Source: Parvibaculum sp. (lineage in GTDB: Bacteria > Pseudomonadota > Alphaproteobacteria > Parvibaculales > Parvibaculaceae). From it: 64,000 nt of DNA. Both the position numbers and the translations under genes were made by a program. This document shows, in pieces, positions 11,860 to 20,401 of this stretch (the first letter of the stretch is position 1; every line of letters begins with the position of its first letter). A model generated the notes under the pieces. That model made no database searches. It saw only the letters and a program-made list of their open reading frames with translations, and had not been told where the DNA came from. The stretch is from NCBI GenBank assembly GCA_019635975.1, contig JAHBYM010000004.1, forward strand, positions 2,030-66,029, read 5' to 3'.

Positions 11860-12287
11860 GCCTTCGTGTGGGGACAAGTTGAAAGTGACTCATTTCCAAG
11901 CTGATTTGACTCAAGTCTGGAACGAGTCCAAACCCCGAATCGGTTTCGGTCTTGTTGCAGGTTCAGCAAGCGCCTGAAAACAAAAGGAAAATACGCTGGC
12001 GCCTGCGGCAGGATAAAACCGTCGCGTCGGAGCGCCCTTCACCGCGCGCCTGACCCGCGCCCGCTGCCGAGTTGCTCGGCTTCCGCGAAATTGAGAAAAA
12101 TGACGCTACGGACGGGTTGTTCATGGCGATGTTTCACAGGTTCAGCCTGACTCATTTACCTATTCATGCGGGCCGACCCCGCTCCGGCCCAAGGCACGCA
12201 ACGTCATTGCTTCACCAGCAAGACTGCTCTTTCGCAAATAGCCGACATCTCCCAGAATGCTTTTTTCTATTTTTGGATTGGGAAGGC

Positions 12288-12842
12288 ATGCCCCGGCGGA
12301 ACGTGCTCCACGTACCAGAACCGCGTCCTCGCGTTCGCAAATGGAATCGCGAGGCAAGGGAAGAACGTCTGAAGAGCGCGGTATTTGCTGCCATGACGGA
12401 GGGCCGTGCAAATCCTCTCAGCCCTTCCGACATTGCGAGACACGCCGGGGTATCGAAAGCTCTCATTTACAAGCATTTCGGCTCTGTAGATGCGCTGGTC
12501 GACGATGCGATCCGCTCCCGCCTTCAACTTCTGGATCTCGATGCTCCAGCGGAACACGAAGACAAGGCGGAGGTCTTGGAGCGTATATTGAGGGTCGTGT
12601 CCAAACTCCGCGAGGAGATTCAAAATCAACCTGAGCTTATCGATCTCATCGGCTGGAGCTTGGGAAATCCCCATCCGCAAGCGCTGAGTGTGACTGAGGC
12701 TGTTCGGAGGTTCTGTGAGGAATCAGCCGCAAGAGCCGGTGCCGGCGCTGAAGCCGCGGTCTTCTTTCTGGGGGCGTTCGCGAGTGTGTTGTGCGATCAA
12801 CAAGATCGCGTTTCCGAGGAAATTCAGGGAGATAAATCGTGA
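12288..12842 (+). CDS. TetR/AcrR family regulator
   Basis: LSPSDIARHAGVSKALIYKHFGSVDAL HTH motif. Confidence 0.85.
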   Translation: MPRRNVLHVPEPRPRVRKWNREAREERLKSAVFAAMTEGRANPLSPSDIARHAGVSKALIYKHFGSVDALVDDAIRSRLQLLDLDAPAEHEDKAEVLERILRVVSKLREEIQNQPELIDLIGWSLGNPHPQALSVTEAVRRFCEESAARAGAGAEAAVFFLGAFASVLCDQQDRVSEEIQGDKS

Positions 12843-12914
12843 CGCCCAATTAGAAGCAGCATTCAGCCAATTCCGAGCCTTTGGGGAAGTGGACGACCCG
12901 GAGGCGATGCCTGA

Positions 12915-13916
12915 CTACAACACGAACAGCCCAAGACCTTCCACAACCTCCCGCTTCGTAACCTCGGTTCGACTGCGCGCCTTTTCAGTCCCGCTGCGAA
13001 TCACGTCGAGCACGTAGGCATGGTCTTCGGCCAGTTCGGCGCGCCGTGTTCGGATTGGCCCAATGAGCGCCTGCAAAATGTCGTCGAGGCGACGCTTGAT
13101 CTTGCCATCTCCCAATCCGCCACGCCGGTACTGCGCCTTCAACTCTTCGAGAGTGGCAGGGTCTTCGTCGAAAGCATCAAGGCAGGCAAAGACAACATTG
13201 CCCTCCACCTGTCCGGGGTCTTCGATCCGCAGATGGGTGGGGTCGGTAAACATCGCTTTCACCGCCGCCGAGATCGCCTCGGGCGAGGCTGACAGCGCGA
13301 TCGCGTTGCCGCTGGATTTCGACATTTTCGCTTTCCCGTCCACACCCGGCAGGCGACCGACTTGCGGAATGACAGCTTGCGCTTCCGGCAGGATCGTCTT
13401 TCCGGCGGTGGCATTGATGCGGCGCACGATTTCGTTGGTCTGCTCGATCAACGCGGTCTGGTCCTCACCGACCGGCACCACTGTCGCCTTGAAGGCGGTA
13501 ATATCGGCGGCTTGCGCCGCCGGGTAGCACAGGAAGCCCGCCGGAATGTCGCGTCCGAAACCGCGGGCCCGGATTTCATCCTTGATCGTTGGATTCCGTT
13601 CCAGCCGGGCGACGGTCACGAAGTTCAGGTAGAGCATCGAAAGCTCGGCCAGGGCCGGAAGGCCCGATTGCAGGCAGATCGTTGTTTTCGCGGGATCTAT
13701 CCCTATCGCGAGATAATCCAGCGCGACTTCGATCACGCTGCGCCGCACTTTGTCCGGGTCATGGGCGTTGTCGGTGAGGGCCTGCGTATCGGCCAGAAGC
13801 AGGAATTGTTCGTGGCTGTCCTGAAACCGCAGGCGGTTGCGCAACGACCCCGCCAAGTGGCCGATGTGTAGCGGGCCGGTGGTGCGGTCGCCAGTCAGTA
13901 TTACGGGTTTGGTCAT
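12915..13916 (-). CDS. trpS: Tryptophanyl-tRNA synthetase (auxiliary, TrpRS II-like)
   Basis: TGDRTTGPLHIGH, AADIT, VPVGEDQ, KMSKS. Confidence 0.95.
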   Translation of the reverse strand: MTKPVILTGDRTTGPLHIGHLAGSLRNRLRFQDSHEQFLLLADTQALTDNAHDPDKVRRSVIEVALDYLAIGIDPAKTTICLQSGLPALAELSMLYLNFVTVARLERNPTIKDEIRARGFGRDIPAGFLCYPAAQAADITAFKATVVPVGEDQTALIEQTNEIVRRINATAGKTILPEAQAVIPQVGRLPGVDGKAKMSKSSGNAIALSASPEAISAAVKAMFTDPTHLRIEDPGQVEGNVVFACLDAFDEDPATLEELKAQYRRGGLGDGKIKRRLDDILQALIGPIRTRRAELAEDHAYVLDVIRSGTEKARSRTEVTKREVVEGLGLFVL

Positions 13917-13965
13917 GGGGTTTCATCCTCTTGAGATGAGGGGGACGCCGCATGGAAGGATCATC

Positions 13966-14026
13966 AAAATAAAAGGCCGCCCAATACGGCGGCCCCGGGA
14001 ATGCAAAGAAACGTCCGGCCGCCCTG
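13966..14026 (-). promoter_or_regulatory. Attenuator terminator/antiterminator upstream of trpS
   Basis: Minus strand: GGCCGCC-GTATTG-GGCGGCC-TTTTATTTT terminator; an upstream GGGCGGCC can pair with its 5' arm. Confidence 0.85.
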
Positions 14027-14074
14027 TCAGCAGGCCAGCCACCAAAGCTTGGCAATGTCCATTTTGCGTTTCAT
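14027..14074 (-). CDS. Trp leader peptide MKRKMDIAKLWWLAC
   Basis: GAGGAG RBS, 15 codons with tandem TGG TGG, immediately upstream of the attenuator hairpins. Confidence 0.88.
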   Translation of the reverse strand: MKRKMDIAKLWWLAC

Positions 14075-14160
14075 GGATCTCCTCGTAAGCATGATACGGA
14101 TGCAAGTCAACTGAGGTCGGGCTCCGATCCGGGATTACCACCCAGATGACGGTGCGGACA

Positions 14161-14194
14161 AGTATGGCCGCTATGCGCCAGGAGCAGCCATACT
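14161..14194. repeat. Module-boundary palindromic repeat, copy A
   Basis: AGTATGGCCGCTATGCGCCAGGAGCAGCCATACT. Confidence 0.7.
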
Positions 14195-14475
14195 TTCATA
14201 CGACTGGATGGGTATTGTGGTGGGTTCCGTGCGCTCTTCTGGTCGTATTGCATCGAAATAAAAATTCGAGTCCCGCATGTACCAAATCGCGACGGGGATC
14301 CATTCGGGGCGAGACGGCCACTTCCGGGGGCGTTCTCTGTGAGGGTATGGCTGTTTTACCACATGACGAGCCCGCGGTGCTTCGGGCGATCACGCTGGCT
14401 TGGCTCCCCCAATTAGGAACAGGGGTGGCCTGAAATTGTTGACTAACTAGATTGTCGAGAACTACTGACCGCCAC

Positions 14476-14829
14476 TCAAGTACGTTCGACCAGTTCAATC
14501 TTATGGCCTTCGGGGTCACGAATAACACAGCGTCGTCCCCATTTTGTGTCGCTGGGCAGTAGCAGGAAATCCGACGCAGGATCTAATCCCGCTGTGGCCA
14601 TGTCGATTGATGGCACCTGAAACCCAAGTCGGACACCAATCGATTTTTCACCCTCATCAAGGAGAGGGTAAATTTCCAGAACTGAGTTATCCATAACGCA
14701 AGCTTGGTGCTCGGGACCTCTTCCGTGTTGTTCGAGCGCAAAACGCAATCCGAAGCGACTATAGAATTTGGCGAGTGCCGCAGGGTCGGAGGCTTTTAAT
14801 ACAAGCAGATTCAGGTTCGTACCAACCAT
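14476..14829 (-). CDS. VOC/glyoxalase family protein
   Basis: FYSRFGL..EQHGRGPEH, LEIYP, WGRRCVIRDPEGHKIELV. Confidence 0.85.
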   Translation of the reverse strand: MVGTNLNLLVLKASDPAALAKFYSRFGLRFALEQHGRGPEHQACVMDNSVLEIYPLLDEGEKSIGVRLGFQVPSIDMATAGLDPASDFLLLPSDTKWGRRCVIRDPEGHKIELVERT

Positions 14830-15347
14830 TACCCCTCCTCCTTTGGACTGTTGAGATTCATTCGAACCTCCATATCATCAAATACCACATTCACTTCAAG
14901 GCGCCCCCCCATCGCGCCGACATAACCAGCAAGGGTGTCGAGGCGAAGATTTTGACGTTTTTCGAAGCGTTGGACAGATGGTTGTTTGATATCCAGCCTT
15001 GACGCAATCTGAGATTGCGTCACTCCTATAAGCGCACGCATCTCTGGCAGGGTAAGTCCGTGCGGCTCATCTCCCATTGCCGTTTGTTCCAGCAATTGCC
15101 TTACTCTAACCGCGGACTTCTCTGGGTTTCGATATAACTCCTCAGGCCGACTGCCATAGGCACCCTCTGAGATAGAAAAACCAAACCCTACTTTGGGGTG
15201 ATACGAGACGCTTGTGCTGAAGTTGGTGCTCGCGATGTCGAGAAAAATTTCTCCATCTGGATCCTTTGGCGAGTCAATATAAACTTTCAGCTTCGGAGCA
15301 CACTCTTGAAGCTTCTGGCAAAATCTTTCCAACTTTTCATCCATCAT
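14829..15347 (-). CDS. XRE-family HTH protein with extra N-terminal domain (antitoxin-like)
   Basis: LPEMRALIGVTQSQIASRLDIKQPSVQRFEK..LDTLAGYVGAMGGRLEV. Confidence 0.8.
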   Translation of the reverse strand: MMDEKLERFCQKLQECAPKLKVYIDSPKDPDGEIFLDIASTNFSTSVSYHPKVGFGFSISEGAYGSRPEELYRNPEKSAVRVRQLLEQTAMGDEPHGLTLPEMRALIGVTQSQIASRLDIKQPSVQRFEKRQNLRLDTLAGYVGAMGGRLEVNVVFDDMEVRMNLNSPKEEG

Positions 15348-15697
15348 ACATTCTCCACGCGCTTCCCATTCATTCCGGGCTTGTCGAGAAATACCTTGTT
15401 CTTCAAGTCACGAATGTGAATCGCACCATTTTCACCAATCCAAGTGTTGTGACCTCTCGAGCGATACCTCACTACATCAGAGCGGCCAGAGACGTCTCGT
15501 CGGCTATCTGGTCGCGGAGGATAAAGCCGTCCGTCGATAGGAAAAGGATTTGGATCAAACGGAATGTCAGTCATCGCGTCTTCCACTTGATTCAATGTAT
15601 TTTCTATCAGAGCAAAAGCTTCATCGTGACTTGATGCAGCAGGCGCACACATCATGCGGCGAATAAACTCTTCTATGCGCTCGGCTTTGGCAATCAC
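15344..15697 (-). CDS. Small toxin-like protein
   Basis: DGRLYPP...RSRGHNTWIGENGAI...KPG resembles polymorphic-toxin C-terminal domains; overlaps the HTH gene start. Confidence 0.5.
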   Translation of the reverse strand: MIAKAERIEEFIRRMMCAPAASSHDEAFALIENTLNQVEDAMTDIPFDPNPFPIDGRLYPPRPDSRRDVSGRSDVVRYRSRGHNTWIGENGAIHIRDLKNKVFLDKPGMNGKRVENV

Positions 15698-15942
15698 CCT
15701 AACACCTTATAAGGTATATACCCTTGGAGGTATATTTCAAGATCAAAAACATGAGGGATTCAAAAATCTTCTCTATCGGATAGGGTCGCGGGCAGCAAAA
15801 TCCAAGGGTTTATAAGCCCTTGTCGGGCTAGGGACCGATGCGGCCTTATGAATTGTGAAGAGGCGGCTACCCAATTTTTGTTGTCGCCTGGATATACCCT
15901 CGTGCGCATATTCTGTTGATTGGTACGACTGCCAATCACTTT

Positions 15943-15972
15943 AATGTCCGCCTTGCGCCAGAAGCTGCCCTT
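15943..15972. repeat. Module-boundary palindromic repeat, copy B (degenerate tandem copies to ~16042)
   Basis: AATGTCCGCCTTGCGCCAGAAGCTGCCCTT. Confidence 0.7.
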
Positions 15973-16136
15973 GCCGAGCTAATCTCGAAATGTTGCCTTT
16001 GGGGCTGTAACCGGATTAGCAGATTTAGGCCAGGAGCTGATGACAGCAGACGTTTTGCGTGTAGAGGCTTGGTTCCCAATCAAGAGCCGGTATCGCAAAA
16101 TGATGGTCTTTGACGGGGACTTCCTATCTGCGGGGA

Positions 16137-17222
16137 TTATTCCCACAAACTGGCCTGGTCGACGCCGCGTCTGGCGCGGCGTGCGCGCTCCGTATAGGTG
16201 AGCAGCGCAGGCCAGGCGGCGGGCGCGGGTACGTTGCTTTGCGTATGAAGCATTTCCCTGCGTCCAGGGTGGTGGACCCAGCGGTCCACTACGGCAACGA
16301 ATGTATTACTGCCGACCTCGGTTTCCTGCAGGGTCTCCACGTCAAACCATGTCCCCCTGCGGCGCGGCTTGGCATTTTCGTATATTGACGCGACCCGCGC
16401 CCGGTCGTTCCAGTCCCGGAAATAGAGATTGGTATGGCCACGGACCGCCTGCAGGTCGTTGAAGGCGGTCACGTCCGAAGCACGGTCGATGACGCCGAGC
16501 TCCCTCAGCCGTTTATCGAGGCGGTAAATAGCCGGGTCGAATGACAATAGCAGGAGGCTGGGTGTCAGCGGCATCAGGAGCATAGCACCTGGACTACGAA
16601 TGCCCGCCCCGCCCAGCACGTCCTTTTGTAGGTGGAAGCGGTTGGTGTAGACCACAGGATCATCGGACGTGAAGAACGGCGTTGCCGTTCGATTGAGTAC
16701 AATCCGCGTCTGGAGACGGGCTGTACTTTCGATGCTGTCCCTGAAGGCGCTCAGGGCCAGCTGAAGGGCCATTTCGTGAGTCACAACCAGGCTTTCCAGC
16801 AATTCTGGTGTGGCCTCATCGGCCACCGTCGCGCGTTGCGCCTCTGCTAGTCGGATTTGGCCCTCGACCCACGCGGCGCTCCTGTAGGACTGCAACAGCA
16901 TAAAGTTGCGTAGGGTCGAGATGTCTTGCCTTGTCGCTGCATGGGGATCATCGACGACGCGCCGCATGATCTCGCCGTATTTACCTTCGGGCTCCTGCAG
17001 CGCCCGTTCCAGTTCGCCGTCGCGCCCGTAGAAATAAGGCTTAGCGCACTGTCCCTTCGCGGGTGCCGCCTCTATCTGCAACTCGTGGGCCATGTTGAAC
17101 ACGTTGATGGCCGCGCCTTTACCGTCCGCGCAGAAGGCACGGAGATAGCAACGGGGTACGAAGTGTTGGGACTTGTTGGCGGGCATGGTGGGTGGATGAT
17201 GTGTTGCTTCGGCGACTGACAC
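16137..17222 (-). CDS. DUF4238 family protein
   Basis: QHFVPRCYLRAF N-terminus, FFTSDDPV, MPLTP motifs. Confidence 0.85.
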   Translation of the reverse strand: MSVAEATHHPPTMPANKSQHFVPRCYLRAFCADGKGAAINVFNMAHELQIEAAPAKGQCAKPYFYGRDGELERALQEPEGKYGEIMRRVVDDPHAATRQDISTLRNFMLLQSYRSAAWVEGQIRLAEAQRATVADEATPELLESLVVTHEMALQLALSAFRDSIESTARLQTRIVLNRTATPFFTSDDPVVYTNRFHLQKDVLGGAGIRSPGAMLLMPLTPSLLLLSFDPAIYRLDKRLRELGVIDRASDVTAFNDLQAVRGHTNLYFRDWNDRARVASIYENAKPRRRGTWFDVETLQETEVGSNTFVAVVDRWVHHPGRREMLHTQSNVPAPAAWPALLTYTERARRARRGVDQASLWE

Positions 17223-17338
17223 AACGTGTTGTCGGATTCTGGTGCGGGCGAGGGCAAACCCGTAATCCGTACGGGCCTAAGCTGACACGATTAGAGACTA
17301 ATCAGACTGGCAGCTTCAGGAAACCGACAAAGCGCCCG

Positions 17339-17367
17339 AACGGCCAGAAGCGCCAAGAGCGGATATC
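17339..17367. repeat. Module-boundary repeat, copy C
   Basis: AACGGCCAGAAGCGCCAAGAGCGGATATC, abutting the stop codon at 17370. Confidence 0.65.
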
Positions 17368-17369
17368 AG

Positions 17370-18116
17370 CTATTCGCTTTTGTCTCGGGCAGGTGGATAG
17401 AAGGCTGATATCCACTCGTACTTCAATTGGGCGAACGCAACACGGGCGGGCGAGACCTGCATCCAGTCCGGGGGAAGAAAAGCGTTGATCTGCTCACCGA
17501 CCTGCACGGCAAGGCGGCCCATTTCGGAGACAACCGCTTCGAGAGCCGTCGCCTCCATAAACGGGCCGATGACAGCATCGCCTTCCTTTTGCGGTCGCAT
17601 CATCCAAGCCGATTTCATGGTGGGATGGCCGGCCACCTCGGAAAAAAGTTCGTATATTTCAGCGCGCCGTTTTGAGGTAAAACCGTCGCGGGCGTCCAGC
17701 GCCTTGCGAACCTTTACCGGCGAGAAATCCTTCATTCGGATTTTCCTGTCTGCATTGCGCCACCGCTCTATCAGAGTACGGTCGCCGGCGAAAAGGTTGA
17801 GAAGGAACACCGTCTCAAGCACATCGCGGAGGATGAGGGCGCTGTTCTGGTGGTAGCCGGAAAGCGCCAACTTCAGGCTTGCGGCAAGCGCGTTGAATGT
17901 CCGCATGCCGAGGATCTGGGCCACTTTCAGATCTTCATCTCTGGTGTCGAACTGACGGAAGAGGTCGGCGAGATCCATGGCGGCTTCTACGACGGCGAGG
18001 TGCAATTGCAGCCGCTGGTCACCCGCAATGATGCTGAGAGCCTTCTCACGGAGTTGCTCTTCACCACCGTGTAGATTCTTGAGATTTTTCGGGATGATGT
18101 CTTGGCGCGTGGTCAT
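17370..18116 (-). CDS. Helical hypothetical protein, DUF5677/HEPN-like
   Basis: GY..SALILRDVLE and IYELFSEVAGHPT motifs. Confidence 0.5.
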   Translation of the reverse strand: MTTRQDIIPKNLKNLHGGEEQLREKALSIIAGDQRLQLHLAVVEAAMDLADLFRQFDTRDEDLKVAQILGMRTFNALAASLKLALSGYHQNSALILRDVLETVFLLNLFAGDRTLIERWRNADRKIRMKDFSPVKVRKALDARDGFTSKRRAEIYELFSEVAGHPTMKSAWMMRPQKEGDAVIGPFMEATALEAVVSEMGRLAVQVGEQINAFLPPDWMQVSPARVAFAQLKYEWISAFYPPARDKSE

Positions 18117-18130
18117 AAATCGCGACCGCC

Positions 18131-18775
18131 TCATTTCCACAGGGTGACGTCCCGGTTCTTGACGACCGAGAACGTACCGAATGCTGGTCGGGCCTTGAAT
18201 GCGACCACCTTCGAGGCCTGATCGCCAAGAGCGGCCGCGAGTTCCGCGCGGGTGATTGTCGACTGGTAGCCGACGATGACCTCGGCGAGCTTGAGGTTCG
18301 GCGAGAACGGCTCAAAATAGATACCGTTCGCGTGGATGCTCTCGTCGAGACGACAGAAGCAGCGATACTCAGATTCGTATCGCCAAGCGCTGAATTTGAT
18401 CAGCAACAAGCCGTCCATGTCAGCGCCTACCAGCTCGCGGCCCACGGGCGTGGGCAGGCGGGTACGGCGATACTTCACCGGGCTGTAGAGATCGTTGTCA
18501 GGCACGTCGAAGCCAATCGCCATACCCCTATGCTTATCGGCGTAGTGGCCCCAGAGCAGCGAATTCGACCACTTGCTGCTCAAACACAGAATGCCGAGTT
18601 CGGCGTTCCGGTCCGCTTTCCACTGCCGCATCTTGGCTCGCGTCCCGGGATCCCGAAGATTCCACCCAAGGAATTCGAATGGATCATTCAATTCGTTGAT
18701 GCGTGCGATCTTGAGACGGCGATCCTTGATCGCAAGCAGTCCGAATTTCTGGGATGTGAAATGATAGAGACGCAT
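18131..18775 (-). CDS. DUF2971 family protein
   Basis: LYHF, LNDPFE, LLWGHYADKHRGMAIGF, KFSAWRYESEYR. Confidence 0.88.
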   Translation of the reverse strand: MRLYHFTSQKFGLLAIKDRRLKIARINELNDPFEFLGWNLRDPGTRAKMRQWKADRNAELGILCLSSKWSNSLLWGHYADKHRGMAIGFDVPDNDLYSPVKYRRTRLPTPVGRELVGADMDGLLLIKFSAWRYESEYRCFCRLDESIHANGIYFEPFSPNLKLAEVIVGYQSTITRAELAAALGDQASKVVAFKARPAFGTFSVVKNRDVTLWK

Positions 18776-18913
18776 GATGAAATGAAGTCGACTCCTTTTA
18801 AAGATAGCGATCATACCTGAAATCTTGTGTCTGTACCTTGTTCAAGCCGTCGTAGCTGTAGGGATGATAAGGGTTCGGCTGTACACCGCCTTGGAGGTAC
18901 CCCGAGTGGCGCG

Positions 18914-18942
18914 AACGTCCGCTTCGGGTCAGAAGCTGCTTT
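18914..18942. repeat. Module-boundary palindromic repeat, copy D
   Basis: AACGTCCGCTTCGGGTCAGAAGCTGCTTT; degenerate second copy near 18961-18991. Confidence 0.65.
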
Positions 18943-19285
18943 TAAACGATGTGTCCGGACGATTCGCCAGCTTCGCACCAAAAATGGCTATCCGGTTGTG
19001 CCGAAGAATGTGGAATTAGTCGATGCTAGACCGTCGTGTGGTATCCAGCCGACCTCTTTCGACGTGTTGTCAATCATCGACGCCTGCTTGCCCAGATTTC
19101 CGTGGAGAGCGGAGATACCAGCTCGCTGTGAGAAACAACAATAAGTACCACGGCTTAGGTGGCGCAGCCGATGGTTCTGTGTTTCTCGCCAACGACTGAG
19201 CAATAGGATAAGTTTGAGCATAACCTTCGGCTGTTCATGCGTGCCGCTCTACCCGACTTGTAGTGAGAAAGAGGGGTTCGAGGAT

Positions 19286-20398
19286 TTGAGTGTCAGGTTT
19301 CTGCATACGGCCGATCTCCAAATTGGAAAGGGTTTCGGCCAGCTTCCTTCCGAGATTTCTGTCGTTCTACGCAACGCACGACTTGAGACACTGAAAAAGA
19401 TCGCAGTTCTTGCCCGTGAGCGCCGCGTTGACGCGGTCCTCGTGGCCGGGGATTGCTTCGATGATATTGCGGTTGGTGATGAGACTTTGCGTCGCTTCAA
19501 AGTAGCTTTGGAGCCATTCGGGGGAACTTGGGTGCTGCTACCGGGCAACCATGACCCTGCCACAGCTGAATCTCCTTGGAGTCGGCTCAAGCGGTTGACT
19601 CTGCCTGACAATGTAATTGTCGCCGACGAACCGATTCCAATCGCACTCGGCGACAAAGCCATGATCCTGCCGGCACCACTGAAGCGTCGCCGTGACGCGG
19701 CTGACCTCACGGAGTGGTTCGATACGGCAGAGACAGATGATCACCTGATCCGTATCGGGCTTGCTCACGGCTCGGTGCGGGAGTTCCTGCCCGAAGCCAG
19801 CGAGGCGGCGAACCCGGTTGCGATGGATCGCGATATACGAGCCCGGCTTGACTACCTGGCTCTCGGCGACTGGCACGGCAAGCTCCAAGTGACAGATCGC
19901 ACTTGGTATGCGGGTACGCCGGAACCGGATCGGTTCCGGGCCAACGAGCCCGGCTACATTCTCAACGTCGCCATCGAGGCTCCGGGAGCCAAGCCGACCA
20001 TCGAGCCGGTAGCTGTCGCTGAATATCGGTGGATGGAACAGACCAGAGACATTATGCCCGGCGGCACTGACGATGTGTCTCAGGGGTTGGATATCCCAGC
20101 AGCTGAGTTGTCGCGCCTTATTGTTCGGCTCGAGTTGCAAGGAACGATCGATCTCAGCACGCACGCTGCTCTCGACGAAGACCTCGGAGACCTGAGGGCG
20201 CGCGTGCAGTATCTTGAAGTCGACGACGCCGGATTGGTGGTCGAACCGACCGAAGATGATCTCGACATGATCGACACCACCGGATTTGTTCGGACCGGGA
20301 TGGAACGGCTGCGCGAACAGCTGAACGGGCCCGACGCGGAGACGGCGCGCCGCGCGCTTGCGCTGTTGTATGGCCTTCATCACCAGACCGGCGGTTGA
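19286..20398 (+). CDS. Mre11/SbcD-like metallophosphoesterase (YhaO-like)
   Basis: FLHTADLQIG, VAGDCFD, PGNHD, AHGS, YLALGDWH, YAGTPE. Confidence 0.9.
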   Translation: MSVRFLHTADLQIGKGFGQLPSEISVVLRNARLETLKKIAVLARERRVDAVLVAGDCFDDIAVGDETLRRFKVALEPFGGTWVLLPGNHDPATAESPWSRLKRLTLPDNVIVADEPIPIALGDKAMILPAPLKRRRDAADLTEWFDTAETDDHLIRIGLAHGSVREFLPEASEAANPVAMDRDIRARLDYLALGDWHGKLQVTDRTWYAGTPEPDRFRANEPGYILNVAIEAPGAKPTIEPVAVAEYRWMEQTRDIMPGGTDDVSQGLDIPAAELSRLIVRLELQGTIDLSTHAALDEDLGDLRARVQYLEVDDAGLVVEPTEDDLDMIDTTGFVRTGMERLREQLNGPDAETARRALALLYGLHHQTGG

Positions 20399-20401
20399 AT
20401 T

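Noticed and set aside
18222-18236. TCGCCAAGAGCGGCC match to the repeat core
   Set aside because: Lies inside the DUF2971 coding sequence without the left arm; probably chance.
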